64,000 bases of DNA, from the NCBI GenBank assembly GCA_965227405.1, contig OZ245758.1, forward strand, positions 1,705,693 to 1,769,692, written 5' to 3'. The position numbers and the translations under genes were made by a program. Under the pieces are notes generated by a model. The model had not been told where the DNA came from. It saw only the letters and a list, made by a program, of their open reading frames with translations, and made no database searches. The stretch comes from Polyangiales bacterium. Its GTDB lineage: Bacteria; Myxococcota_A; Polyangia; Polyangiales; Houyiibacteriaceae. This document shows positions 1 through 9,278 of the stretch, one piece after another; the first letter of the stretch is position 1, and each line of letters begins with the position of its first letter.

Positions 1-16
1 CACAACTCGTCGCCGC

Positions 17-406
17 TCACTTGGGATACGCAACCAACGCCGACACGGCATCTCCGTCGCGCACGAGTCGAATCTTGTACGTACCTGCGTCGACCGTTAC
101 CGATTCATCGTCACGGTCCAGCTCGGGCAGCGTCGGATCTTCATCCCACTCCAGCCCTTTCGGCAACGCACCTTTGTAGTACTCGCGAATCAGCTGAACA
201 CACACAACCGCGTTACCCCCAAAGTCGATCTGATAGCCGAGCGCATCCATAGCTTCCGCATGACCGTCACCGTCCTCGTCGATCTCGATCACGACGCAAG
301 GTTCCAACGCACGCTTCACCTCGTCGTCGTCTCGCGCCTTTCCCAGGAGCTCACAAAGCTCGTCACCGTTCATGGGGCCAATCCTAATATCCGGGGCAAG
401 TTTCAA
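17..406 (-). CDS. hypothetical acidic protein
   Basis: 129-aa ORF with its stop inside the window. No recognisable catalytic motif. Dispersed repeat copy A lies immediately 5' of its start codon. Confidence 0.4.
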   Translation of the reverse strand: MKLAPDIRIGPMNGDELCELLGKARDDDEVKRALEPCVVIEIDEDGDGHAEAMDALGYQIDFGGNAVVCVQLIREYYKGALPKGLEWDEDPTLPELDRDDESVTVDAGTYKIRLVRDGDAVSALVAYPK

Positions 407-436
407 GAACCCCCGAGAAAACAGCCGATTTTGAGG

Positions 437-474
437 CAGGTCCGGGTAAGCAGTAAACGCGTCCCAGGATTTAC
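437..474 (+). repeat. dispersed intergenic repeat, copy A (core CAGGTCCGGGTAAG-N7-AAACGCGTCCCAGGATTTAC)
   Basis: The same ~38-bp core recurs at 8007-8045 (+), 19302-19340 (+) and 19088-19129 (-). Confidence 0.6.
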
Positions 475-535
475 TCGTGCGCGGCGTCTTTGGGTTCGCT
501 GCCAGGATTTACTCGTGCGCGGCGTCTTTGGGTTC
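464..535 (+). repeat. perfect 34-bp tandem duplication (two copies separated by GCTG)
   Basis: CCAGGATTTACTCGTGCGCGGCGTCTTTGGGTTC occurs at 464-497 and again at 502-535. The second copy encodes the last 8 codons plus the stop of the VOC gene on the minus strand. Confidence 0.8.
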
Positions 536-985
536 CTCGCTTGTCGCAGCTGTACGTTCGTCGAGTTCGATCACGTTTCGGTCAGGATCTCGAATGAAGA
601 TCGCCGACAAACCTTTGAACTCGATGCTGCCCGTAATCGCAATGTCGTGTTTGGCGAGAAATGTCCGCACGGGTTCAAGCGCACTCACGCGCAACGCCAT
701 GTGCGTATAGCCCGGTGCTTTGTCCGCGACGTCCATCAACACGTTCTTCCCATCTTCGGGTGTTGTCGCCGGACCGAGAAGGTTCAGTACGATGCCGCAG
801 GGGTGCTGCATGATCACCGGGTGTCCTTGTTCAAACCCGCTTTCGGAACGCAGCTCAAAACCGAGAAGCGCATAGAACGCGATGGACCGCTGCTTGTCGC
901 GAATCCGAATCCCAACGTGATCCACCTTTTGAATGTCGATCATGACCACTCCACCAACTGCGTCCAATCCTTGAAGCTGGTCCAT
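509..985 (-). CDS. VOC family protein (glyoxalase / bleomycin-resistance / dioxygenase fold)
   Basis: 158 aa. The N-terminal IDHVGIRIRDKQRSIAFYALLGFEL is a typical VOC beta-alpha-beta-beta-beta start. Stop TAA at 509-511. Confidence 0.7.
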   Translation of the reverse strand: MDQLQGLDAVGGVVMIDIQKVDHVGIRIRDKQRSIAFYALLGFELRSESGFEQGHPVIMQHPCGIVLNLLGPATTPEDGKNVLMDVADKAPGYTHMALRVSALEPVRTFLAKHDIAITGSIEFKGLSAIFIRDPDRNVIELDERTAATSEEPKDAAHE

Positions 986-1785
986 CCGACGTCGGGATAG
1001 CTGCTCTGCAGCGAAGCAATGTCCACGCTAAAGCCGGTATTCGCGAACCACGCATACATCGTGGCCATGTCCTCAAACTGATCCCGCACCTCGTCGAGAC
1101 TCTGTTCTTGGTACTGAATCGACCGTCCAAACACCGTACCAAGCACATCCGCCATCTGTGGTCCGGTGATTTGGTCTGCCGCGATATCCACGTGTTTCCC
1201 CACAAACTGCGCCGCATTGGCGATGACGTACGCGACGAACTTGCCGATGTCTGCGGTCGAGATCATCTGGAGCGACACATCCGCAGGCAACGCTTGTCGC
1301 CACACGCCATCGCGTAGCGCCTGGATGTTCCAGGGGAACAACACGTTGTCATAGAAGAACGCCGGCGCGATCGATGTCCAAGGCACATCCAACGTTCGAA
1401 GGTGCTCTTCGATCTGGTGCTTGCTGTCGAAGTGCGGAATGCCAGTCTTGTTCTGTGCGTCGGCGACGGACGAAAACAAAATGTGCGCACCTGTTTGAGC
1501 GAGCGCATCCACAGCGGCACATCCGTGCACTACCTCTTGATCGACACCCGCTGCAGGTGTGGTCACCACGAACGCAAACTTCGTGTCTTTTCCGGCGTCG
1601 CTCACCGAACCCGAGTCTGCGAAATCGCCGCGGACAAGCACAGCTCCGGCCTGCTCGAGCGCGAGTGCTTTGGGTTTCGAAACGTCTCTCACCATCGCTC
1701 GAACATCGTGTCCTGCAGCGAGAAGTGCGCGCGCAACCGCGCCCCCCACATTTCCCGTCGCACCTGTAACTAGAACCAGACTCAT
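940..1785 (-). CDS. NmrA-family NAD(P)-binding protein (atypical SDR)
   Basis: MSLVLVTGATGNVGG Rossmann motif at the N-terminus. ATG at 1785 preceded by GGAGGT. Divergent from a LysR gene. Confidence 0.8.
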   Translation of the reverse strand: MSLVLVTGATGNVGGAVARALLAAGHDVRAMVRDVSKPKALALEQAGAVLVRGDFADSGSVSDAGKDTKFAFVVTTPAAGVDQEVVHGCAAVDALAQTGAHILFSSVADAQNKTGIPHFDSKHQIEEHLRTLDVPWTSIAPAFFYDNVLFPWNIQALRDGVWRQALPADVSLQMISTADIGKFVAYVIANAAQFVGKHVDIAADQITGPQMADVLGTVFGRSIQYQEQSLDEVRDQFEDMATMYAWFANTGFSVDIASLQSSYPDVGWTSFKDWTQLVEWS

Positions 1786-1823
1786 ACCTCCAGAGTGGGT
1801 TGACCTTCTGACCCGCACAAGAG

Positions 1824-1838
1824 ACGTTGTAGGAACGT
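1824..1838. promoter_or_regulatory. putative LysR-type binding box ACGTT-N5-AACGT
   Basis: Perfect 5-bp inverted repeat in the 80-bp divergent intergenic region between the NmrA and LysR genes. Confidence 0.35.
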
Positions 1839-1865
1839 TATGTCCCGAAATCGGGCCAGGACCAG

Positions 1866-2699
1866 ATGACGCGGTTTAGCGACGTGGACGTGTTTGTGGC
1901 CGTTGCCAAAGCGCGGTCGTTTCGTGCTGCTTCCGTTGAACTGGGCGTGAGCAAATCGACAGTAAGTCGAGCGATCGAACGGCTCGAAGCACATGTCGGC
2001 GCCGCGCTGGTGGTTCGCGATCGAAGTGGTCACCGGCTCACCGATGCAGGCGAGTCATACCTTCGTTACGCCGAGGACGCGTACCGTGCGTTGACCGAGG
2101 GTGAGCGTGCTGTCGCCGCGCTCGACACAACGCTGGAGGGGACCGTGCGCATGTCCGCTCCACCTGCGTTGGGCCCACTTCTCGTGTCGGAAGTGCTCAC
2201 CGAGTTTATGAAGCGTTATCCGCAAGTGGTGGTTGAACTGGCGCTGAGCGACGCGATGGTCAGCTTGGGCACGGAGCCGATCGACATCGCCGTCCGTGCT
2301 GGAGCACGGTTGGTGCGTTCGAATCAGCGCGCACATCGCTTGGCGCGGGTTCCGTTCCTGGCCGTCGCAACGCCTGGCTTGGCGAAGTCCTTGGACGGGT
2401 CCGCACCCTTGATCGAAGTAGGAACAACCAAGAAGCGACGCCGAGGAACGATCTGCCTGCGTGTAAACGACTTTGCAACCGCGAAGGCAGCGGCGCTTCA
2501 GGGCGTTGGTGTTGCAACACTCCCCGCGGTACTCGTCTCGCACGAGCTTCGCGCCGAACAGCTTGTGCAAGTGTTTCCGGATTGGTCGCTGCCCACCGCC
2601 AACTACTGGGCGGTCGTTCCGCGGGCCGGTGTGGCGCCGCGAGTGGCAGCGTTGCTCGACCATCTCAAGAGCGGGTTCGCGCGCCTCGCCAAAGACTAG
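1866..2699 (+). CDS. LysR family transcriptional regulator
   Basis: N-terminal HTH FVAVAKARSFRAASVELGVSKSTVSRAIERLE, followed by a substrate-binding domain of LysR length (277 aa). Confidence 0.85.
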   Translation: MTRFSDVDVFVAVAKARSFRAASVELGVSKSTVSRAIERLEAHVGAALVVRDRSGHRLTDAGESYLRYAEDAYRALTEGERAVAALDTTLEGTVRMSAPPALGPLLVSEVLTEFMKRYPQVVVELALSDAMVSLGTEPIDIAVRAGARLVRSNQRAHRLARVPFLAVATPGLAKSLDGSAPLIEVGTTKKRRRGTICLRVNDFATAKAAALQGVGVATLPAVLVSHELRAEQLVQVFPDWSLPTANYWAVVPRAGVAPRVAALLDHLKSGFARLAKD

Positions 2700-2801
2700 G
2701 TGTGGTCCAAAGGGCTCAAACGGCTGAAATTCCGAATGATCTCGGTAAGCGTAAAACGCTAGGTGTGGGAATTTCTCTACTCGTCCCCAGAATTCACCGG
2801 T

Positions 2802-3782
2802 TCACTCTGCGGGTTCGAAGCGGAACACCGGGGGTTCTTCGTGGGTGACTACGATCGCAGTCGTCACGATCGCTCCGGCAAGCAGAACGCCAAGGAGCGA
2901 TAGTCCTAAGCGCAACGCAGTTCGGCTTTCTTTCAGCGCCTCAACGGTACGTTGTGCACTCAACGCGTCGGTCTCGGTTCGATGGGCAAGACCCGTATGC
3001 AGGTTCAACCCTTCCGTCTCATCCGGCCGGACACGCACGATGATGTCCGCATCCAATGAGTCCGCGATCTCGCGCAGCGTGTCGTCCGAGAACTCGTAGA
3101 GCTGAGCCACGATCGTCTCGGGTGATGCCGCGGGCAAATCCACCTGCGTGGTTTCGGCTTCGGGATCCAACGAAAGCGAAAGCGAGCGTGACTCTCTCAA
3201 CGGCGCCGCAATCGTGAAGTGATGCCGCCCCGGAGCACCACGCGCCGTAATCGGAGCGTCTCCAACTTCGCGTCCGTTCATGCGCACCTGCGCTCCGCTT
3301 GGTGAGGTTGTAAACGCACGTGACGCAGGAGCACGCGATCGCGCCTCACGGGCCAACTCGGCGTAGCGTGCACGCACATCCGGAGGAAACGCGACCGGCG
3401 GCAACTCAGCGTCCGGCCTCAGACGAGCGGCTTCACGCAACGCTGTTTCGACCTCCTCGGGGTGTTCGAGGTTCGATTCGATCAACGCGCGGTACGCCCA
3501 AACCAAATGCAGCTGGTCAAAATCCGCTTCGGTTTCGCCGTCGGACTCCAACAACGACTGCGCTCGAGCCAGCTCTTCCAACGCCTGCGGGCTCTCGAAC
3601 GCCAACGCGTGTGCTCGCGCCGCTGCAAGATGAGGTTCGGCGCGTTGGGCCGCGGTCGCTGCAGGTTCGTGTTCGTCCACACGCCACTCGGCCTGCGTCT
3701 CTCCCTGTGCCTCGGGATGCGCGATCACCCACACGTTCGGTGCACCACAGCCCGCCAACAAGAGCGTGAACACGAACTTCAT
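2802..3782 (-). CDS. PEGA-domain lipoprotein with C-terminal transmembrane anchor
   Basis: MKFVFTLLLAGC lipobox. PEGA-like SGAQVRMNGREVGDAPIT...GRHHFTI. C-terminal hydrophobic LSLLGVLLAGAIVTTAIVV. Confidence 0.5.
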   Translation of the reverse strand: MKFVFTLLLAGCGAPNVWVIAHPEAQGETQAEWRVDEHEPAATAAQRAEPHLAAARAHALAFESPQALEELARAQSLLESDGETEADFDQLHLVWAYRALIESNLEHPEEVETALREAARLRPDAELPPVAFPPDVRARYAELAREARSRAPASRAFTTSPSGAQVRMNGREVGDAPITARGAPGRHHFTIAAPLRESRSLSLSLDPEAETTQVDLPAASPETIVAQLYEFSDDTLREIADSLDADIIVRVRPDETEGLNLHTGLAHRTETDALSAQRTVEALKESRTALRLGLSLLGVLLAGAIVTTAIVVTHEEPPVFRFEPAE

Positions 3783-5260
3783 CGCCAGTCCACGTCCCGG
3801 ACAAAGAGCCACGCAGAGCGCTCCGCGGCGATCACTGCTGCATCGAATGTGCTCACGCCACCGTGAATCAAAATGCTCTCATCATCGAGCTGCACCGCAT
3901 CGTGCAGAAGCATCAGTGGACCTGCAGGGTAGCTCACACTGTTCGCTTCGAGTGTCGCGGCTTGTGCCGTGCACGCACACGGGTCCACCGGAATGCGCAA
4001 GCCACTCCCTTCCCCAACCACCAGTAATTCATTCGGAAGCGCAAAACTGCGGTGGTAGGTGCGGGTCTCGGGCAGCGATGCGGTTCGACGCAGCACCCCA
4101 CCTTCCGGGCGGTCCAACCAACACCAAACGTCGTCCAGCTCGACTTCCTCTTCCACGCCCTCTTCCCGGATTACGCCGCCAACGACGTACACTGCACCCC
4201 CGCCTTGTTCGCAGGGCACGTACGTCGCGCTCATCTCTGCCCAGCCGAGCGGCGGTTCCGGATCGGTGTCCACATCAACGAAACACGGACTACCTTCGCA
4301 ATCGGTCAGGGCCAGTTCGAACAGCGGTCCGGGTTCTTCAAACAATCCACCAGCCAAGAACGCTCCACGTCCCAACGTCAGTGGTGCAACCGCTGGAAGA
4401 CTCCGAGCCACCCCTCCGGTCGCTTCGCGCGGCTCGAACGAGAACGTGTCGTCGTGCACTTCCATCCGCGAAAACGCGGGCATCAAGGGTGGCGCAGACG
4501 GCATCCCGCCAAAGAACGCCAACCCGTCCGCAAGAAGCACCGCGGCACTGGAACATCGCGGTGCAGCAAGCGGACGCGTGATCGGCGCAGCCTCGGGCGG
4601 CCACAACACTTCGATCGTTTCGTCGCATCCAAGAAAAGGATTTTGTCCACCGGCGATCAGGACTCGCCCATCGCGGAGCGTCAGTGTCGGCGCGAACAAA
4701 CGCTGCGTGGACAGTTCGCCGATCTCCACAAAGCGCCCACTGGTGATGTCGTAGCGCTCCACGACACGAACCGGGTTTGTCGGAACGAACGAAGCGTCCA
4801 ACATGGCAGCTCCACCCGCAATGATCGCTCCATCAACAGTCGCACTGATCGATTGAAGAAGGCGTGCGTGCACAGGCTGTCCACGCGTGGGCGCGATTTC
4901 GTCGGCACATCCGACTTGAACCGGAATCGTGTACGGCGGACCACGATGTTCGAAGTTCGCGCGTCCAACCGCACGCCGTCGCAACGCGCACACACCTTCA
5001 CGCGTCGACGCGGCAACCTCGAGTCGGTAGCGGCGCCCGTTCCGCAACACCCCGCCCTTCGCCAGATCGGCGAGCAGATCGCGGCCACGCGTTTCGACGA
5101 CCACCTCGTTACGCGCGTCGTACACCCGAAGGTCAACGTCGACGAAATCACGCTCCGGGTTGAGCCCCGCCGTCGGCACCATGCGAACCGAGATCACCTC
5201 CGGATCCGCACACGCGAGAAACAGGCAGAGCAGCACGCGCCACATGCGCGCAAGATACAC
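3779..5260 (-). CDS. Kelch-repeat beta-propeller lipoprotein
   Basis: Signal LLCLFLACA. Recurrent Kelch-like blades (GRVLIAGG, ILIHGG, YVVGG). 493 aa. Confidence 0.55.
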   Translation of the reverse strand: MYLARMWRVLLCLFLACADPEVISVRMVPTAGLNPERDFVDVDLRVYDARNEVVVETRGRDLLADLAKGGVLRNGRRYRLEVAASTREGVCALRRRAVGRANFEHRGPPYTIPVQVGCADEIAPTRGQPVHARLLQSISATVDGAIIAGGAAMLDASFVPTNPVRVVERYDITSGRFVEIGELSTQRLFAPTLTLRDGRVLIAGGQNPFLGCDETIEVLWPPEAAPITRPLAAPRCSSAAVLLADGLAFFGGMPSAPPLMPAFSRMEVHDDTFSFEPREATGGVARSLPAVAPLTLGRGAFLAGGLFEEPGPLFELALTDCEGSPCFVDVDTDPEPPLGWAEMSATYVPCEQGGGAVYVVGGVIREEGVEEEVELDDVWCWLDRPEGGVLRRTASLPETRTYHRSFALPNELLVVGEGSGLRIPVDPCACTAQAATLEANSVSYPAGPLMLLHDAVQLDDESILIHGGVSTFDAAVIAAERSAWLFVRDVDWR

Positions 5261-6032
5261 CGGCGCTCACCTCGATTCCCATGCGTTGCAAGGGTTCGAC
5301 GACAGAACGCTGAACCGCACGACGCGCCGACTCTGCCCACTCGCTTGCGGTCATCCAGCCCAGCGCGTGCACCAAACTTGGATCGACAGGGTCGGGAGGA
5401 AGGTTCTGAAGTTGTTGCAGCTGCTGATCGAGTGCTTGCTGCGCAACTTCGCCTAACCGCGCACGCATCGTTTCGTCGGGTTGCGCCCACTCGAGGATCC
5501 ACCAACCCAGCTGCGAATGCGGAGCTTCATCTCGGACGATCCGATCGAGCACCGCACGGATCACGGGATGCGTCGAGCACGCTCGGGTTCCGGCGAGAAC
5601 CGGAAGGCTGAAGGCCTCGCCCACACAACACGTACGTACTGCGATCGCCAGCGCTTGCTCCAACGCAGAGCCGGGCATCTTGGGCGTCACCTTCAGGTCA
5701 ACCGGCGGCGAGATGCCACCACCGAGCGCTAGAGCGATACGCGTGTTGAGCTCCACGTGGAACATCTCGTCCGCGACAAACGAACCTGCGCATGCGACCA
5801 AGTCGATCGGAGCACCGGCTTCCAGCAACGAGGTTTGCAGTGTCGCAAACGCTGCCGCGGAGCAGTACTCCTGGTACGCACCGTATGTCCACGCAGCGCG
5901 TGCTGCGGTGACAAAGGGTTCGGGGTACGCACTGGGATCGAGCGACGCGAAGTCCACATCAAGTGAGCGCTCCCGACGCACACGCCGTTCAGCTGCACCT
6001 CCGAACCAGCCAACGCGGAACGGCTCACCCAT
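5148..6032 (-). CDS. hypothetical protein, possible ferritin-like / di-iron fold
   Basis: Two E-x-x-H motifs (ADEMFH, RDEAPH) in predicted helices. Overlaps the downstream Kelch ORF by ~100 nt, so one of the two starts is probably mis-set. Confidence 0.4.
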   Translation of the reverse strand: MGEPFRVGWFGGAAERRVRRERSLDVDFASLDPSAYPEPFVTAARAAWTYGAYQEYCSAAAFATLQTSLLEAGAPIDLVACAGSFVADEMFHVELNTRIALALGGGISPPVDLKVTPKMPGSALEQALAIAVRTCCVGEAFSLPVLAGTRACSTHPVIRAVLDRIVRDEAPHSQLGWWILEWAQPDETMRARLGEVAQQALDQQLQQLQNLPPDPVDPSLVHALGWMTASEWAESARRAVQRSVVEPLQRMGIEVSAGVSCAHVARAALPVSRVCGSGGDLGSHGADGGAQPGA

Positions 6033-6210
6033 CGTTGCTGGGATAGTTCGGGCGCTTGAAGTTCCCGACGGGGGGCGGCGGTTCCTCTTCGGCTTCGTCG
6101 CGTTCTTCTTGCCGCGGTTCTTCGGGCTCTTGTTCAGGTTCTGCGGCGTGTGCAGATGCGCCCCATGAAGAGGCTGCGAGGGTCGCGATCATCAACCAGC
6201 GTGAGGACAT
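6025..6210 (-). CDS. small acidic secreted protein
   Basis: 61 aa. Signal peptide MIATLAASSWGASAHA followed by a Glu/Pro-rich tail. Its stop overlaps the ATG of the next gene (gATGggTGA). Confidence 0.3.
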   Translation of the reverse strand: MSSRWLMIATLAASSWGASAHAAEPEQEPEEPRQEERDEAEEEPPPPVGNFKRPNYPSNDG

Positions 6211-6352
6211 GCCTAGAACCTAGTGCGCATAATCCCCTGTGTTGTCAGGGTTTCGTAAAGGTCGGCCCGAACTGCAGCGTGTCTGCGCACAGCGCTTGCA
6301 ACGTCTCCTCAATTGGTCCGAGCGCTGACACAGCTCGGCACAAGGAGGAAAT

Positions 6353-7163
6353 GATGCGACGTATTCTCGGATGGCTTTTGATCGCGGCACTTGGTGCTTG
6401 CGGATCCGAGGTTCCTGACGCCGGTAACGAACTCGTTTTGAATGACGAAGCCGTCGGACTGGGATTCAACGCGATGGGCATCACCACCAGTCCAGAAGGA
6501 CAGGTCTTCTTGCTTGCCGGCAACCAAGTCTTTGAGCGCATCGAGGGCGAGTGGACGTCGCGGTGGAGCGCCGAAGCTGGCACACCGATTCTCCAAGACA
6601 TCGTCGCACTGGGTGAAGACCGCTTTGCATTGACCACACGCAACATGGGCTTTGAACTCTTCTTGGAGAGCGGCGAGCTGGTTCAGCACTTCTGCTACAT
6701 CCCCGGCGACGACATTCGCGAAGAGGATCCGCCGCAGACCCCGACGCCGACGGTCGAGATCAGCCGCAGTGTGGCCTACGCGGTTGAAGAGAACCTGATC
6801 GTGGCCAACCCGCAAACGATCACCGATGACGTTCGTCAGCGCCCGATGTTCTCCGAGGTCGCGATCTTTGATCGCACCAGTGGTGAGGAACTGCAGTTCC
6901 GCAACCTTCGTGACGCGGACTTCTCTGCGGGTGGACTCGCCGTTCTCGACTTCCCGACGCTTCTTGCGGGCGACGGTTCGATGCTGGTCGAGATCGACTT
7001 CAACACGGGTGACAAGCGTCGCTTCTTGGGTCTTGCTGGCCTCGGCATTGCGGAGATCGAGGGTCTGGCCATCGATCGTGAGGCAGGCGAATTGCTCGTT
7101 CTTGACGGGGTTTCGCAGCGTCTTGTGACGCTGAACCTGGACCAGGTGGAGGCTGCGCGATGA
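6353..7163 (+). CDS. lipoprotein, tandem paralog 1
   Basis: MMRRILGWLLIAALGACGSE lipobox. About 70% identical to the next gene across the full length. Confidence 0.7.
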
Positions 7164-7957
7164 AGCGTCTTTCCTTCCTGATTGTGCTGCTCGCTGCGTG
7201 TGGTTCGAACGTTCCGCAGGGTGGTGATGAACTGGTTCTCGATGATCGTGCAATGGAACTCGAAGCGCGTGTTCAGGGGATTACGAGCGCGAACGGCGTC
7301 GTCTACGCGTTGGGCGACAACAGCGTGTTTCGTCGCATCGAGGGTGAGTGGTCACGCGTTTGGACCGCGGAACCGGGCGTGCTCGAACTCTTGGATATTG
7401 TGGCGCTTGGCGATGAGCGTTTCGCTCTGACGACTCGCAATATGGGATTCGAGCTGGACTTGAGCACCGGTGCGTTGACCGAGCACTTTTGTTACGAGCC
7501 TGGCGACATTCCGCGTGACCCCGTTCCGCAGCAACCGCAACCGACGGTCGAGATCAGCCGGAGTGTGGCGTACGCCGCCGAAGAGAACCTGATCGTCGCG
7601 AACCCGCAGACGGTCACTGACGATGTTCTTCAGCGAGGCGTGTTCTCGGAGGTTGCGATCTTTGATCGTACGTCCGGTGAGGAGCTGCGATTCGTGAACT
7701 TGCGCGATGCGGAGTTCTCCGCGGGCGGATTGGTCGTCTTGGATTTCCCGACGTTGATCGCCGGAGAAGGCTCGACGCTCGTCGAGATCGACTTCGAGAC
7801 CGGCAACAAGCGCAACTTCCTCGGACTTGGTGGGCTGAACATCACCGCCATCGATGGACTCGCGATCGATCGTGAAGCCAACGAGCTGCTCGTCTTGGAT
7901 GCAGCCACCCAACGCTTGGTGACCCTGGACCTCGAGCAGGTTCTGCGCGCTCGCTGA
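7160..7957 (+). CDS. lipoprotein, tandem paralog 2
   Basis: MKRLSFLIVLLAACGSN lipobox. ATGA overlap with paralog 1. Shared blocks include DIVALG-ERFALTTRNMGFEL and VEISRSVAYA.EENLIVANPQT. Confidence 0.75.
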   Translation: MKRLSFLIVLLAACGSNVPQGGDELVLDDRAMELEARVQGITSANGVVYALGDNSVFRRIEGEWSRVWTAEPGVLELLDIVALGDERFALTTRNMGFELDLSTGALTEHFCYEPGDIPRDPVPQQPQPTVEISRSVAYAAEENLIVANPQTVTDDVLQRGVFSEVAIFDRTSGEELRFVNLRDAEFSAGGLVVLDFPTLIAGEGSTLVEIDFETGNKRNFLGLGGLNITAIDGLAIDREANELLVLDAATQRLVTLDLEQVLRAR

Positions 7958-8006
7958 TTTTTGGGCTCGTTCCGAAAAAGCGCCTTGGATTTGGCGGTTT
8001 TTCGAG

Positions 8007-8054
8007 CAGGTCCGGGTAAGTACTACACGCGTCCCCAGGATTTACCTGGGGACG
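8007..8054 (+). repeat. dispersed repeat copy B, extended into a perfect hairpin CGTCCCCAGG-ATTTA-CCTGGGGACG
   Basis: Core matches copies A, C and D. The 10-bp arms at 8030-8039 and 8045-8054 are exact reverse complements. Lies 35 bp upstream of the MBL gene start. Confidence 0.6.
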
Positions 8055-8088
8055 TAAACGCGTCGGGGCGACTGTAGACTACGCGTGA

Positions 8089-8988
8089 GTGCAACGCTTT
8101 CTGCCCGAACACGTTCCGCCCGAGCGTCTGCATCCGCAGGGCGCACCTGGGGACGGGCTGCGTATTCGTTGGCTCGGCACAGCCGGTCACGTGGTGCAAA
8201 GCGGGTCCACAACCGTTCTGCTCGATCCCTTTCTCTCCCGTCCCGGGTTACTCGCAACCGGCTTTGGACGACTGCGTCCCAATCCCGACGCGTGGTGGCG
8301 TTGGATCCCAAAGTCCGTCGACGCAATCGCCTGCGGGCACAGCCACTACGACCACATCATGGACGCGCCGGAGATCGCCAAGCGGACCGGCTGTTTGCTC
8401 ATGGGTTCGCGTACGACGCTTAGCTTTGCCCGCGCACATGGGGTTGCCGAGTCCCAACTTCGAGAAGTTCCCCCAAGCGGCGCCGTCCTTCGCGTCGGCG
8501 ACATCGACATACGTTTCGTCCCAAGCCTTCATGGACGCATCGCCGCAGGACGCGTACCTCTACCCGGCGAAGTACACAGTCCGCCCAAACTTCCAGCGCG
8601 TGTCTTCCACTACCGGATGGGCGGTGCGTTTGGCATCCACCTCACAACACCGTGGGGTCGCGTCTATCACAACGGCAGTGCTGACCTTGTGGACGCAGAG
8701 CTCCAAGGCCTGGGCGCGGAAGTCATGCTGGTCGGGCTGGCGGGTCGACAAGCGACGCCTTTCTACCTGCCCCGCATGCTTGGCATCTTGAAACCTCGCT
8801 TCGTGATCCCGACGCACCACGATGCCTTCTTTGCTCCTTTAGACGAAGGCGTGAAGCTGCTGCCGAGCATCGATCTGCCAGGCTTCCTGAAGCAGGTTGC
8901 CGCGATCGACCACCGAGTCGACGTTCGGCTCCCCACGTACGAGAGCATCTGTCGAATCAACGACCACGCGGTCTTTCACTCGCGCTAA
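8089..8988 (+). CDS. MBL-fold metallo-hydrolase
   Basis: HxHxDH-type motif ACGHSHYDH and a later HHD motif. GTG start at 8089. Confidence 0.7.
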   Translation: MQRFLPEHVPPERLHPQGAPGDGLRIRWLGTAGHVVQSGSTTVLLDPFLSRPGLLATGFGRLRPNPDAWWRWIPKSVDAIACGHSHYDHIMDAPEIAKRTGCLLMGSRTTLSFARAHGVAESQLREVPPSGAVLRVGDIDIRFVPSLHGRIAAGRVPLPGEVHSPPKLPARVFHYRMGGAFGIHLTTPWGRVYHNGSADLVDAELQGLGAEVMLVGLAGRQATPFYLPRMLGILKPRFVIPTHHDAFFAPLDEGVKLLPSIDLPGFLKQVAAIDHRVDVRLPTYESICRINDHAVFHSR

Positions 8989-9120
8989 GGCCAGAATCCC
9001 TGTGCAAGACAGGGACAATCGTGAGGCGTATTTTTCTGAAAATCGCGTGATGGATTTGTGAGCCTGCGTCCACGAAGAGAGTGAAGACACCGAGCTTCGT
9101 GTCTGACAACTAGGTTTGAT

Positions 9121-9163
9121 TGCCCGGTAGATCCACTGGATTTGCCGGGCATCTTTTTGTTTG
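9121..9163 (+). terminator. rho-independent terminator candidate
   Basis: TGCCCGG, a 15-nt loop, then CCGGGCA followed by TCTTTTTGTTTG. Lies 133 bp after the MBL stop. Confidence 0.5.
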
Positions 9164-9278
9164 AAATCCATGTTTTACGGATTTGAGACGGACCCGCACA
9201 CTGGCACAAAGCGGCATTCAAAAACTCAATGAATCAGGCTCAAACCAGTTGGAACGGGACGTGCTCAATGAGGACACC

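Noticed and set aside
4052-5611. 519-aa plus-strand ORF antisense to the Kelch lipoprotein gene
   Set aside because: Arg/Ser/Gly-rich low-complexity translation typical of antisense frames in high-GC DNA. Fully overlapped by a minus-strand gene with clear domain signal.
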